The translations under genes and the position numbers were made by a program. This document shows, one piece after another, positions 20,395-29,008 of a stretch of 64,000 nt of DNA. Every line of letters starts with the position of its first letter. Position 1 is the stretch's first letter. Origin of the DNA: Bacteriovoracia bacterium (GTDB lineage Bacteria; Bdellovibrionota; UBA1018; CAIPTA01). The notes under the pieces are model-generated. The model ran no database searches. It saw only the letters and a list, made by a program, of their open reading frames with translations, and was not told the DNA's origin. The DNA lies in the NCBI GenBank assembly GCA_050246755.1, contig JBFWVL010000006.1, positions 155,743-219,742 of the forward strand. Reading direction: 5' to 3'.

Positions 20395-20434
20395 AATAAA
20401 AAAGCTCGCTGGGAAACCAGCGAGCTTTTTTATT
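20395..20434. terminator. Bidirectional terminator
   Basis: AATAAAAAAGCTCGCTGG-GAAA-CCAGCGAGCTTTTTTATT between convergent genes. Confidence 0.9.
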
Positions 20435-20447
20435 TTAGGCAGGAGGC

Positions 20448-21152
20448 TTACTTCTTCTGCTGCTTTTTCTTCCAGATAAAGAAACCACCGCCGCCCACGA
20501 CCGCGATGATCAGGAGGATCAGCATGCCGGCATCGCCGCCGCCGCCGGTGGCTTTCTTGGGTTTCCCTTCAGCCCCGCCAGCATTAAATACTACATCGCC
20601 GGCATTCGGGGTATCGCCCCCCGTGGTGGCGTTGGGCTCACCAGGCTTGCGGAATGCGCGCATGCTCTTGGTCATGTTCTCGATATCGGGCGCATACTCG
20701 TCGAACTTATCTTTGCGCACGCTGAACGTAACGAGAATACCGAGGTCGGATTCTACGGTGGCCAAGTAGCGGGTGTAGAAGTCGGGAATCTCGGAGGCGA
20801 GGTGCAAGGAGTCCACCCAGGGCTTGCCGGAGATATCGAGTTCTTTTACGTAACGGGGCTCGGAAACGATTTTTTCGCCATTCAGTGAATCGTACTGGGC
20901 CGGCTTCTCTAAATGAGCTTTATATACGGCTAGTTCGTCCATTCCGGCTTTTTTTATCTTGGCCGCGAGCACGATGATCGCATCACGCTTCTTTTGCTCA
21001 TCCGTGCTTTGGCAAACCCACTCCGTGCCATCGAGCTGGCATTCCCATTTTTCGGGAAGTTGAAACTCGATGAACTGGTTAGCGAAGGTTTTCGCCCAGG
21101 AATTAACGGGGAGGAGAACGGCCACCACTAAAAGCGCGTAAATCTTTTTCAT
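20448..21152 (-). CDS. Exported protein with C-terminal TM anchor and basic tail (PsbP/DcrB-like fold suspected)
   Basis: Signal peptide, FQLPEKWEC...WVC, Gly-rich linker, TM, WKKKQQKK. Confidence 0.8.
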   Translation of the reverse strand: MKKIYALLVVAVLLPVNSWAKTFANQFIEFQLPEKWECQLDGTEWVCQSTDEQKKRDAIIVLAAKIKKAGMDELAVYKAHLEKPAQYDSLNGEKIVSEPRYVKELDISGKPWVDSLHLASEIPDFYTRYLATVESDLGILVTFSVRKDKFDEYAPDIENMTKSMRAFRKPGEPNATTGGDTPNAGDVVFNAGGAEGKPKKATGGGGDAGMLILLIIAVVGGGGFFIWKKKQQKK

Positions 21153-21236
21153 ATTAGTAGGTTATGGTCCGATTAAATGCTTAGCAAGCCGAAAATTATT
21201 GGAAGGAAAAGAGTTACGGAAGCGTTTGAGCTTTTT

Positions 21237-22535
21237 CTATTCTTCGATGATAACGCGGCGCGCTTCCTGGCCGGGTTGAATGATAATTTCTTCGTTTAAT
21301 TTTTGTTCTACACGCAAAAAGGATTCGTTGGGCCGGGCCACCACGATACGCGAAATGGCGATTGGTTTACGCGGTTCTCCGTCGAGCTGATCCTGAGGAA
21401 AGATCTGAAAGTTATCTCCGGCTTTGAGGCCCTCCGCCGAACCGATGGCGATCTTGAAAAAATTTCCTTGGCCCGAAACCTTAATGATCGTGGCGGAGGC
21501 GCCGTAATGCAGAACGGGTTTCTTTTTATATCGTTCCGGTTCTTGCTGGAGCTTCGCGATTTGCTGCTTGCGGTATTCCTCGTAGCGAATTTCGGGAACT
21601 TGGTAGGGCCGCCATACTAGGCCGAGCCCACCGCCCACGCCCTTGGCCGCGGCCACCCCGGAGGTAGTGAAGATTCCGCCGGCCACCATTTCCCATTGCT
21701 TGGAAAGAAGGAAGCCCGTGCCGAGAGTGACGGTGCGCAGGGTGGGGGAGTCGCTCTTGAAGAGGAGGCTACCGTCGGCAAAGGCGTCGAGCTGCGTGGG
21801 ATTCGTGTTGTAGGGAGATTTGGTAAATCCTTCCCAGGATTGCATGTCGGCCCAAAAGCGCATTCCGCTTTGATTGGTGAGGGACACGTCGGCGCGGATA
21901 TTCCAAGGGAGAGCGGCCGAATAACCGGCCGTGCGATAGGTATAGCCAAGCGATCCGCTAAGGGCGAGCCAGTCGTTGGCGTACCAGGCGAGGCGGCCGA
22001 GACCGGTGAAGTCGTTGCTTTGTTCGCCGAGCGGCGGCTTTCCCTGCATGGCTTGGTCGTAGAGAGGGAAATTCCAAGTTCCTTCGGCCACCAGCATCCA
22101 GGAGTTAGGGGCCCACTCGGTAGGATACACCCGGTCGGAAACGCGGCTGCGATAGAGAAGCCAGCGCATGCCGAGCATCACGTCTCCCAGGCCGTAGTTA
22201 TCGGCGTCGGAAACGTTGCTAGCGTTCGAGTTCACCACGAACAGGCCCCGCGCGTCGAACTGTGCAAACAAGCTTACTTTAGGGGCGAATCCGTACCCCA
22301 CGTGGAAGCGCGCGTTGGTATAGCGGACGTGTTCGAGGTTGGGCGGGGAAACTACTTGCCCGGCTTTATCGTAGTTTTCCTTGGTGAGGAAATAGGTGCC
22401 GTCCAAACTTACGTGCGTGGCCCCTTCTCCGAGGAGCCAGAATCGCGGCACGTCGGTAATGGGCCATGGTTGACCCAAGGCGAAGCCCGATAGGGGAAAG
22501 AAAAAGAGGGCAATGATCAGCAGGTGCTTGCACAT
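21237..22535 (-). CDS. Outer-membrane beta-barrel protein with C-terminal beta domain (FlgT_C-like)
   Basis: Signal peptide; amphipathic strands incl. GLGDVMLGMRW; after a helical linker IAIGSAEGLKAGDNFQIF. Confidence 0.7.
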   Translation of the reverse strand: MCKHLLIIALFFFPLSGFALGQPWPITDVPRFWLLGEGATHVSLDGTYFLTKENYDKAGQVVSPPNLEHVRYTNARFHVGYGFAPKVSLFAQFDARGLFVVNSNASNVSDADNYGLGDVMLGMRWLLYRSRVSDRVYPTEWAPNSWMLVAEGTWNFPLYDQAMQGKPPLGEQSNDFTGLGRLAWYANDWLALSGSLGYTYRTAGYSAALPWNIRADVSLTNQSGMRFWADMQSWEGFTKSPYNTNPTQLDAFADGSLLFKSDSPTLRTVTLGTGFLLSKQWEMVAGGIFTTSGVAAAKGVGGGLGLVWRPYQVPEIRYEEYRKQQIAKLQQEPERYKKKPVLHYGASATIIKVSGQGNFFKIAIGSAEGLKAGDNFQIFPQDQLDGEPRKPIAISRIVVARPNESFLRVEQKLNEEIIIQPGQEARRVIIEE

Positions 22536-22581
22536 TTGCCCTAATCATAATGGAAAGACGGGTTTGCGTCGACAGCGGCGA

Positions 22582-24219
22582 TTAGATTCGGCCGCTTCCG
22601 TTCAGGGTCCGGTACCGCGAGTTCACCTGCTCGAAGATCGTGAGCTCGGTGGCCATTACACCGCCGGTCTCGCCTTGCTCATCCTCGTAGACCGCGGCGG
22701 ATTCCGAAGCCACTTCGCGGGCATCCACCACCGGTTTTCCGGCCTCGTTCGGCGGAAAAAGTTTATTCATCATTTCGGCCAGAGGATTTGCGCCTGCCGC
22801 CGGGGCGCCGTCTTTACCGCCGCCTTTGAACCCGCCGGGGCCCGCCCCGCTATTGGAGTATTCGCCGGCCGTAGTATTACCCTTGCGGCCTTTTCTGCTG
22901 GCGCCGCTGCTCCCGCCGCGGCCACCACCGCCACCACCACCACCACCGCCACCGCCACTCACGCCGGATTTTTCTGGTTTATACGAGTTGAACGTCACGG
23001 GGCGGCCGCCGATGAGCCCGCCCTTGATTTGGCCACCGTCTCCACCGCCGAGGCCGCCGAGGTCGCCACCTGAATCTCCGATCGGAAGTGCCGGAGCAGC
23101 CGCGCCGATTCCGGAACCATTGGAGGCACCGCTCATGGTCCCAAGCTGCATATTCGTGCCGGGAATCATCGGGGGAGGCGCAAAGTTGGCGGCATTCTGC
23201 GCCGTTTGCCGCGACATATACAAAGCTTGCATGCCCACCAGCGCATCTGCCGCGCCGGTTACCATCGCTGTTTTCGCGAGCGCGTTGGCTTTGTCGGCTT
23301 GCTCCTGGCTTTGGTCGGCCGCGCTTTTCATGCGCTCAAAGGTGGCGTAATTTTTTTGGTCGGGCTGCACGCCTTTAGAAGCGGCATTTTTATAGAAGCA
23401 TTGCTCGGGGGTCATCTGCGCGACCATTCCAGATTGGTAGCAGAAGTCTACGAGGTCTTTATGCGCGCCGCTGATATTATTGCTCGCTTCTTCGGCTCCG
23501 CTCGCCGCAGATTTCAGCGTGGCCGCGCCAGAGAGGGCGAGCATACCGGTGGCGATCTTCATGGCGGCGAGGCCTTGCAGCACTTGCTGCTGGCGCGTTT
23601 GGGCATCGGCCTGGGCGCCGGTGGCCTGCATCGCTTGCATGCTGGAATAAGCTTGGGTGGCCACGAGGGCCGTTCCGTTCACCGCTTCTTGGCGGGCGGA
23701 AATATCTTTCACGGCTTCGGCGGCCACTTTACAGTTTTGACCCTGGAGCCCGCCCTTCATCAACTCAGCGTTATTGCAATCGCCGCTGTTGGAATTAGGC
23801 TTCTCGTTTTTGGCCACTAAGTCTTCGCAAACTTTCTTCGAAGAATTCCATTTATAGAGATCGGGATTTTTTGCCGCTTTCTTATCGCAGCGAGCTTGCT
23901 CTTTCGCGAGGCGGTCTACTTTCCTTTTGCAGGCATCTTGAGCGCTGCGAAACCTGGTTTCCAATCCTTCTTTTTTCTGCGTAAGGCGTTCGGTATTGGC
24001 GGCGGTTAAGGAGCTGCTCAAAGATTTGTCGGTGGCGTCGATTTCTTTCTGAATGGATTCGGCAGCGGGGCATCCTTCATCTTCGTCGTCTTCGTCACGG
24101 GCCGACAAGGCTTCGGGAAGGCTGAAGGAGAAAAGCAGGGCGCAGATCACGGCGGCGCTGCAGCTTTTTTGGAGCCAGTTTTTACGCTTCAGGGGGTGAA
24201 ACAAACGAAGTGCCTTCAT
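22582..24219 (-). CDS. Secreted array protein 6 (Cys-containing helical N-domain, Ala/Gly hydrophobic helices, Gly-rich linker, conserved C-terminal motif)
   Basis: Signal peptide; ends TIFEQVNSRYRTLNGSGRI. Confidence 0.8.
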   Translation of the reverse strand: MKALRLFHPLKRKNWLQKSCSAAVICALLFSFSLPEALSARDEDDEDEGCPAAESIQKEIDATDKSLSSSLTAANTERLTQKKEGLETRFRSAQDACKRKVDRLAKEQARCDKKAAKNPDLYKWNSSKKVCEDLVAKNEKPNSNSGDCNNAELMKGGLQGQNCKVAAEAVKDISARQEAVNGTALVATQAYSSMQAMQATGAQADAQTRQQQVLQGLAAMKIATGMLALSGAATLKSAASGAEEASNNISGAHKDLVDFCYQSGMVAQMTPEQCFYKNAASKGVQPDQKNYATFERMKSAADQSQEQADKANALAKTAMVTGAADALVGMQALYMSRQTAQNAANFAPPPMIPGTNMQLGTMSGASNGSGIGAAAPALPIGDSGGDLGGLGGGDGGQIKGGLIGGRPVTFNSYKPEKSGVSGGGGGGGGGGGGRGGSSGASRKGRKGNTTAGEYSNSGAGPGGFKGGGKDGAPAAGANPLAEMMNKLFPPNEAGKPVVDAREVASESAAVYEDEQGETGGVMATELTIFEQVNSRYRTLNGSGRI

Positions 24220-24226
24220 GGCTATC

Positions 24227-24254
24227 TTATCGGCCGAATTTCGTTAGGGATTTA
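24227..24254 (-). promoter_or_regulatory. Sigma28 (FliA)-type promoter
   Basis: TAAA-N16-GCCGATAA, perfect FliA -10 box, just upstream of the CDS start at 24219. Confidence 0.75.
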
Positions 24255-24266
24255 GTTTTTCAGCGC

Positions 24267-25808
24267 TTAATTTCGTACCTCTACCGAGGCAGGGCCTTGT
24301 ACGTTACCGGACTGTAAGGCCTTGGTATGCTTGAACTTTATCGTCTCGAATAGCGACTTATCGCGGTTCCCGCTTACCCCCACCATGGAACCTTGCTCGT
24401 TCCCGTCGATTCCGGCCGTGGCCTCATCGTACATCTGGTTGGGGTTGATCCGGCTCGCCACGCTTGGTGCCGGATCTCCGCTAAGGCCCGCCACCAGCCC
24501 GTTGAGGGCCGCTGGCACGTCTTCTCCGGCCGCCGCGCTTCCGCTTCCGCCGGAAAAAGTTCCGCCGCCGCCGCCCCGGGAAAATTCTCCAAAACCAAAA
24601 GCAGATTTGGCCACTTCGGCCTGCGCCGCTTTTTCTTCTTCTTCCTTCGCCACCGCCGCAGCATCTGGGCCCGAATTTCCAAAAGATAATCCTCCCGCCG
24701 GAGCGCCCGCGCCGCTGCCCGTGTCTGCCGGGGTGCGATTAGAAATCCCAGAGCGGAGCTCGGAGTTGCCAAATAGCGACGAGGATCCGGTGCTGGAGCC
24801 ATTGCTTTCCGCGTTCGTGGCGGTTGCCGTGGCGGTAGAGGTTCCGGTATCGGTGGCGAGAGAGAAGCTCGGCTGGCCCGTCTGAAAAGTGCCCGCGGTT
24901 CCGCCCGACGATCCGGCCACCGGCCCGGTGGTAACTCCGGAAGAAACCTGCAAGCTTTGCGCAAGCTCGATCGAGGCCATCGATTCCGCCTGTTTCTTAC
25001 TGCGCTCGGCGAGCTTCATGCTAGCGTAGCCGGCGGCCACTTTTCCCGCGCCGTAAAGCATGTGCTTATAAGCTGCTTCTTTGGTTTTTTCGATGGCGGC
25101 AGCAAGACGTGAATCGAGCGTAGAGTTTCCCGATTTTCCCGAAATCCCGCTGTTCTTTCCGTTCAGTGTTTCTTGCATGGCCTCGAGCTTACGTTTCTGC
25201 TGCACGTAGGCCCAAGCACCCATGGAGACGTCGGCGGCACCGGTGGTATAGGCCACGATGCCCGCCTTTTCCTGGAGATTGGCGGCACTGGTGTAGGTGC
25301 TCGATTGATTATTTTTTTTCTGGCCAAGCTCGGCATATGCCACCGCGCCCACGGCACCCACCGCCGCGATATCGGATACGCGGCTTACCTCGGCGAAAAT
25401 TCTTTGCTGTTTCTTGATGCTCGCCACGTCGCCGCGGAAATTTCGCGCGGCCTTCTGGCGCTGATCGCACTGGGCCGCCAGCTCCGGGCTCGCTGCGTAT
25501 TTTTTTCCGTCTTTTTCAAAGACGCTGCGGTACTGGTCGCAGTTGTAATTGATATTTCCCTTGAGGGAATTTTCTAAATTTTGATTTGCGTCGCCGGCTT
25601 TATCGAAACTATTTTCGAAGGTCCATTCGCGCATAAATGATTTTGAGTTATCTTCAGATTCTTTCGCTCCACCGCCTTTTTCCTGAGAAGCGGGACCGAG
25701 GGTGGGGGTGATCTCTTCGGCCGCGCGGGCGAAGGGGGAAGAAAATACGAGTAGAGACGCCGCCGTTAGCGGAAGCAGGAGCTGTTTATTTCGTACCCAT
25801 CTCGTCAT
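24267..25808 (-). CDS. Secreted array protein 5
   Basis: Signal peptide; hydrophobic helices AAVGAVGAVAY, AYTTGAADVSMG; ends SLFETIKFKHTKALQSGNV... Confidence 0.8.
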   Translation of the reverse strand: MTRWVRNKQLLLPLTAASLLVFSSPFARAAEEITPTLGPASQEKGGGAKESEDNSKSFMREWTFENSFDKAGDANQNLENSLKGNINYNCDQYRSVFEKDGKKYAASPELAAQCDQRQKAARNFRGDVASIKKQQRIFAEVSRVSDIAAVGAVGAVAYAELGQKKNNQSSTYTSAANLQEKAGIVAYTTGAADVSMGAWAYVQQKRKLEAMQETLNGKNSGISGKSGNSTLDSRLAAAIEKTKEAAYKHMLYGAGKVAAGYASMKLAERSKKQAESMASIELAQSLQVSSGVTTGPVAGSSGGTAGTFQTGQPSFSLATDTGTSTATATATNAESNGSSTGSSSLFGNSELRSGISNRTPADTGSGAGAPAGGLSFGNSGPDAAAVAKEEEEKAAQAEVAKSAFGFGEFSRGGGGGTFSGGSGSAAAGEDVPAALNGLVAGLSGDPAPSVASRINPNQMYDEATAGIDGNEQGSMVGVSGNRDKSLFETIKFKHTKALQSGNVQGPASVEVRN

Positions 25809-25853
25809 AAAAGGCCCTTCCAGGCCATAAAGCATACTATTATAGTATACTAC

Positions 25854-25881
25854 TGTTCGGCTTTTCGAACAAAAGCCTTGA
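25854..25881 (-). promoter_or_regulatory. Sigma28-type promoter
   Basis: TCAA-N16-GCCGAACA. Confidence 0.6.
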
Positions 25882-25927
25882 GAGGCGAATTGGGTGTAAT
25901 GTATTGAATTTTCAGTATTTTTTTATA

Positions 25928-27388
25928 TTAACGGATTTTTGCCGTGAGGCCGCTGATCACGAGGCCCTTCTTCACGGAGCGATGAATGCAGGACTTCACG
26001 CGCACGAACAGCACCTCACTGTTTTCGCCTTCTAATACTTCCTCCGTACCACTCTGTACGTTGCCGGCGCTGGCTTCCATTGCATTGTCGTCCACGGCGG
26101 CCGCCATATCGTGCAGCGTTTCTTTCAGGGGATCTTCCGTATGCGTATCCGAGGAGCTTGAAGAGGAACCGCCGAAGTTGAGGCCTCCACCTCCACCACC
26201 ACCTCCGCTATACACGCCGGCGCCATCGTCGAGAAGTTTTGGCACATTCGCCAAAGCCGCGCTTCCGGGTTCCCGGTGGCTATCGCCGGATCCACCTGGC
26301 GCGCCTAAGCCACCGCCAGCTTCGCCGGAATTTGGCCGGTTGCTATTGGTGGAGGACGCCGCCGTTTTCGCGCTCACGTCGCTCTCGGGGCCGGTATAGC
26401 CGGTGCCGGCGAACGAAGGACTAGAGGGAGCGGGAATTTCCGCGGGCTTTTCGGTGGAGAGATTCACTTTTTGGCTGCTGCTCGACGAATCTTTTCCGCC
26501 ACCCAGATTGGCCGCAGCCAAGGGGGCGATCGGTTCGGGGGTGAGCGGACTGCCGGGCGTGGAAACATCGCTATTTTTTTTCATCGCGCTCATGAGACCC
26601 ATGCCGGCCGAGGCCAGGCCCATCAAGGCGCTCGGGTTGGCTAGACTGTCGAGAAAACTTCCCGATTTTTTATCGCCGGTTTCGGTGCGGAGCTCACCTT
26701 CGCGTTCGGTGGCTCCATCGATCCCGGCCTGGGCATTGAGAGAAAATGCTTCCCGATTTTTTTTATCGCTCGCGAGCGCTTTAATTAAATCGGTACCGAT
26801 AGCGGGGGCTTGCAGCTGACCGCTTATATCGGTAGGAAGCGACGATTTTAAGTCTTTCAATTTACTTCTGCCGAACTCGGTGTCCTCGAGAGAGCTTTTA
26901 TTTTTAGCTTCGCGCAATTGGCTCAGCATTCCCGAAATGCCCGACATTTGCGGGTCGGCCGATTTAGCTTTGGCGGTGGTATTGGCCTTTTCGATATCGG
27001 GGCCAATCAGCGTATGCGCTTGTTTCGAGATTTGGCTGTTCAGCTTCACGAGCTCATCGTTTTTGCTTTTTACAGCCGAATAGATTTCTTTGAGATTCGT
27101 GTTCCCGCCCTTGGTGATTTCCGCGGCGCTGGGAAGAGCTTGGTTGATGCTGCCACAAATAGCTTTCGCTTCTTTGTCGTAACGAATGGCGAGGTCGGCC
27201 AGCTTGCCTGCCACGGCGGCGCAGCTTTGGTCGCCGCTGCAATCGCGCTGCAATTTGGATTTCTCGGTGAATTCACCGAGGCCCTGTGGATCGGCGCAAG
27301 AGGTGGCCGCCGCGAACGCATGGGCGGAGAACAAGCAAAGTGAGAGCAGTGCCCCGGGGATCTTCAAATTTTGCGTTCGCTTCTTCAT
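25928..27388 (-). CDS. Secreted array protein 4
   Basis: Signal peptide ending AHAFA; 4 N-terminal Cys; ends VLFVRVKSCIHRSVKKGLVISGLTAKIR. Confidence 0.8.
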   Translation of the reverse strand: MKKRTQNLKIPGALLSLCLFSAHAFAAATSCADPQGLGEFTEKSKLQRDCSGDQSCAAVAGKLADLAIRYDKEAKAICGSINQALPSAAEITKGGNTNLKEIYSAVKSKNDELVKLNSQISKQAHTLIGPDIEKANTTAKAKSADPQMSGISGMLSQLREAKNKSSLEDTEFGRSKLKDLKSSLPTDISGQLQAPAIGTDLIKALASDKKNREAFSLNAQAGIDGATEREGELRTETGDKKSGSFLDSLANPSALMGLASAGMGLMSAMKKNSDVSTPGSPLTPEPIAPLAAANLGGGKDSSSSSQKVNLSTEKPAEIPAPSSPSFAGTGYTGPESDVSAKTAASSTNSNRPNSGEAGGGLGAPGGSGDSHREPGSAALANVPKLLDDGAGVYSGGGGGGGGLNFGGSSSSSSDTHTEDPLKETLHDMAAAVDDNAMEASAGNVQSGTEEVLEGENSEVLFVRVKSCIHRSVKKGLVISGLTAKIR

Positions 27389-27396
27389 CAATGTCC

Positions 27397-28962
27397 TTAA
27401 ATCTTACCGTTAACTCCGTTCACAACTCTACCTTTCTTGAGGTAGCGCACGATCGTTCCACGAACCCGCGTAAAAATTGGAGTATTCTCGGTGCCTTCCA
27501 GGCTGGAGAGGCCTCCATGCTCTATATCGGCCAGGTCGCGGCCGTTCTCCAGTCCGGCATTTCCGGGCTGAGTGAATTCGTTGAGTAAATGGCTCACGGC
27601 TTCTTCGGTCTCGGAGCGAGCCATGCTGAAATCCCCGGCGTCGCCAGAGCCTCCGCCGCCGGCATCCCCGTTACCGAAGTGGGGCATGGCGAGGGGAGCA
27701 AGGTCGGGGGTTTTCCCTTTAGCCGCCGAACCGCCGCCGCCGAAGGGCATGCCACCGAGGGCCTCACCGCTGCCGGCTTCGGCTTGTTGGCCGAGTAGCT
27801 TTTTCTTCAGCGAATCGCGGAGGCTGGTGTCCGAAATCGACGAAGCACCGCTCGAGGTATTGGGTTTGATCACGCCAACCTCTTCCGTGCTGCCCGTGTT
27901 GCCGGGAGTGGCATTGAGAGTAGGATCGCTTTTCGATTTTCCGGTGGCGAGCTCATTAGTGCCAATTAGGCCGGGGGTCGCGGTATCGCCCAGGTCATTT
28001 TTCGTTCCAGAAGTATCTCCGGTCATTTCGTTGCCGCCTTTATCGCCGCCGCCGGGAGGAGACGGCATCGAAGGCATACCTCCGCCTGCCCCCGCCGATT
28101 TTTCTTCGGGCTTCGCGGCCGCCTGGGAGCCGGTTTCACTTTCTTTTCCGGTAGGCGTGGATTTCATGTTGTCGCCGTCTTTGCCCGTGGTCTTCGACAT
28201 TTTATCGAGCTGGCTCTGGGCAATAGTATTTTCTTTCGCTTTAGCTTGGAGAACCGTCTTTACTTCGCTAGCGTGAGACATCGCTTTTTCCTGCTCTTTG
28301 ATAAGATCTCCCGTTACTCGGCTAACGGTATCTTTCATCGATTCGGCAGTTACTGCTTTTTGGTCTTGGCGAATGGCTTTCGTATTCGGGTCCACTTTGG
28401 TGGGCACGTCTGCGCTTTTAGAGCCAAGCTTGCTGTCGTACTGGGCTTGTTCCTTGATCTTACCGCCAAGCTTCGCGGTTTCTTCCTTAGCTTTTTTGGC
28501 TTGCTTCTCTTTTTCGTCGATCCATTTTATTAACCCGTCCGCAGCCGCTTTCTGTTGTTTTTGGGCAGCAGCGGCTTCTTTCTGGAGTTTAGAAATCTCG
28601 TTTTGGCAGGCGCTCTGATTGGTCTTTCCACTTTGAAGGCAAGACATTGCGTTTTTCAGCTTATTCGCTACTTCGCAGCTTGCGACTTGCTTTTTTATAT
28701 AGTCATCGAGAGCTTCCGCCGTCGATTTATATACTGCTTCGCAGGCGCCATTTTTTCCGTCACCATGCTTTATATTTACTTCTACGCCCACATTGTTAGC
28801 GCAGTCCATTTCGGTTTCTTTGAGTTTCACCAGAGCGGGGTCAGGCGAGCATGTCGCATCTCCGGTGGCCAATGCGAGTCTGGAGAAAGATAATAGGATG
28901 AACGTAAAGGCGCCGCCCTTAGCAAAGAATTTCTGGAAATGAATTTTCCCTAAATTTCCCAT
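27397..28962 (-). CDS. Secreted array protein 3
   Basis: GGAGGA SD; 6 Cys in the N-domain; ends PIFTRVRGTIVRYLKKGRVVNGVNGKI. Confidence 0.8.
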   Translation of the reverse strand: MGNLGKIHFQKFFAKGGAFTFILLSFSRLALATGDATCSPDPALVKLKETEMDCANNVGVEVNIKHGDGKNGACEAVYKSTAEALDDYIKKQVASCEVANKLKNAMSCLQSGKTNQSACQNEISKLQKEAAAAQKQQKAAADGLIKWIDEKEKQAKKAKEETAKLGGKIKEQAQYDSKLGSKSADVPTKVDPNTKAIRQDQKAVTAESMKDTVSRVTGDLIKEQEKAMSHASEVKTVLQAKAKENTIAQSQLDKMSKTTGKDGDNMKSTPTGKESETGSQAAAKPEEKSAGAGGGMPSMPSPPGGGDKGGNEMTGDTSGTKNDLGDTATPGLIGTNELATGKSKSDPTLNATPGNTGSTEEVGVIKPNTSSGASSISDTSLRDSLKKKLLGQQAEAGSGEALGGMPFGGGGSAAKGKTPDLAPLAMPHFGNGDAGGGGSGDAGDFSMARSETEEAVSHLLNEFTQPGNAGLENGRDLADIEHGGLSSLEGTENTPIFTRVRGTIVRYLKKGRVVNGVNGKI

Positions 28963-29008
28963 ACCCGTATCCTCCCAAGTCCCAGAAACAGTTCCCCGAA
29001 CAAATCCC

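Noticed and set aside
22905-22960. CCG/CCA trinucleotide run
   Set aside because: Encodes the poly-Gly linker of array protein 6; not a CRISPR or regulatory repeat
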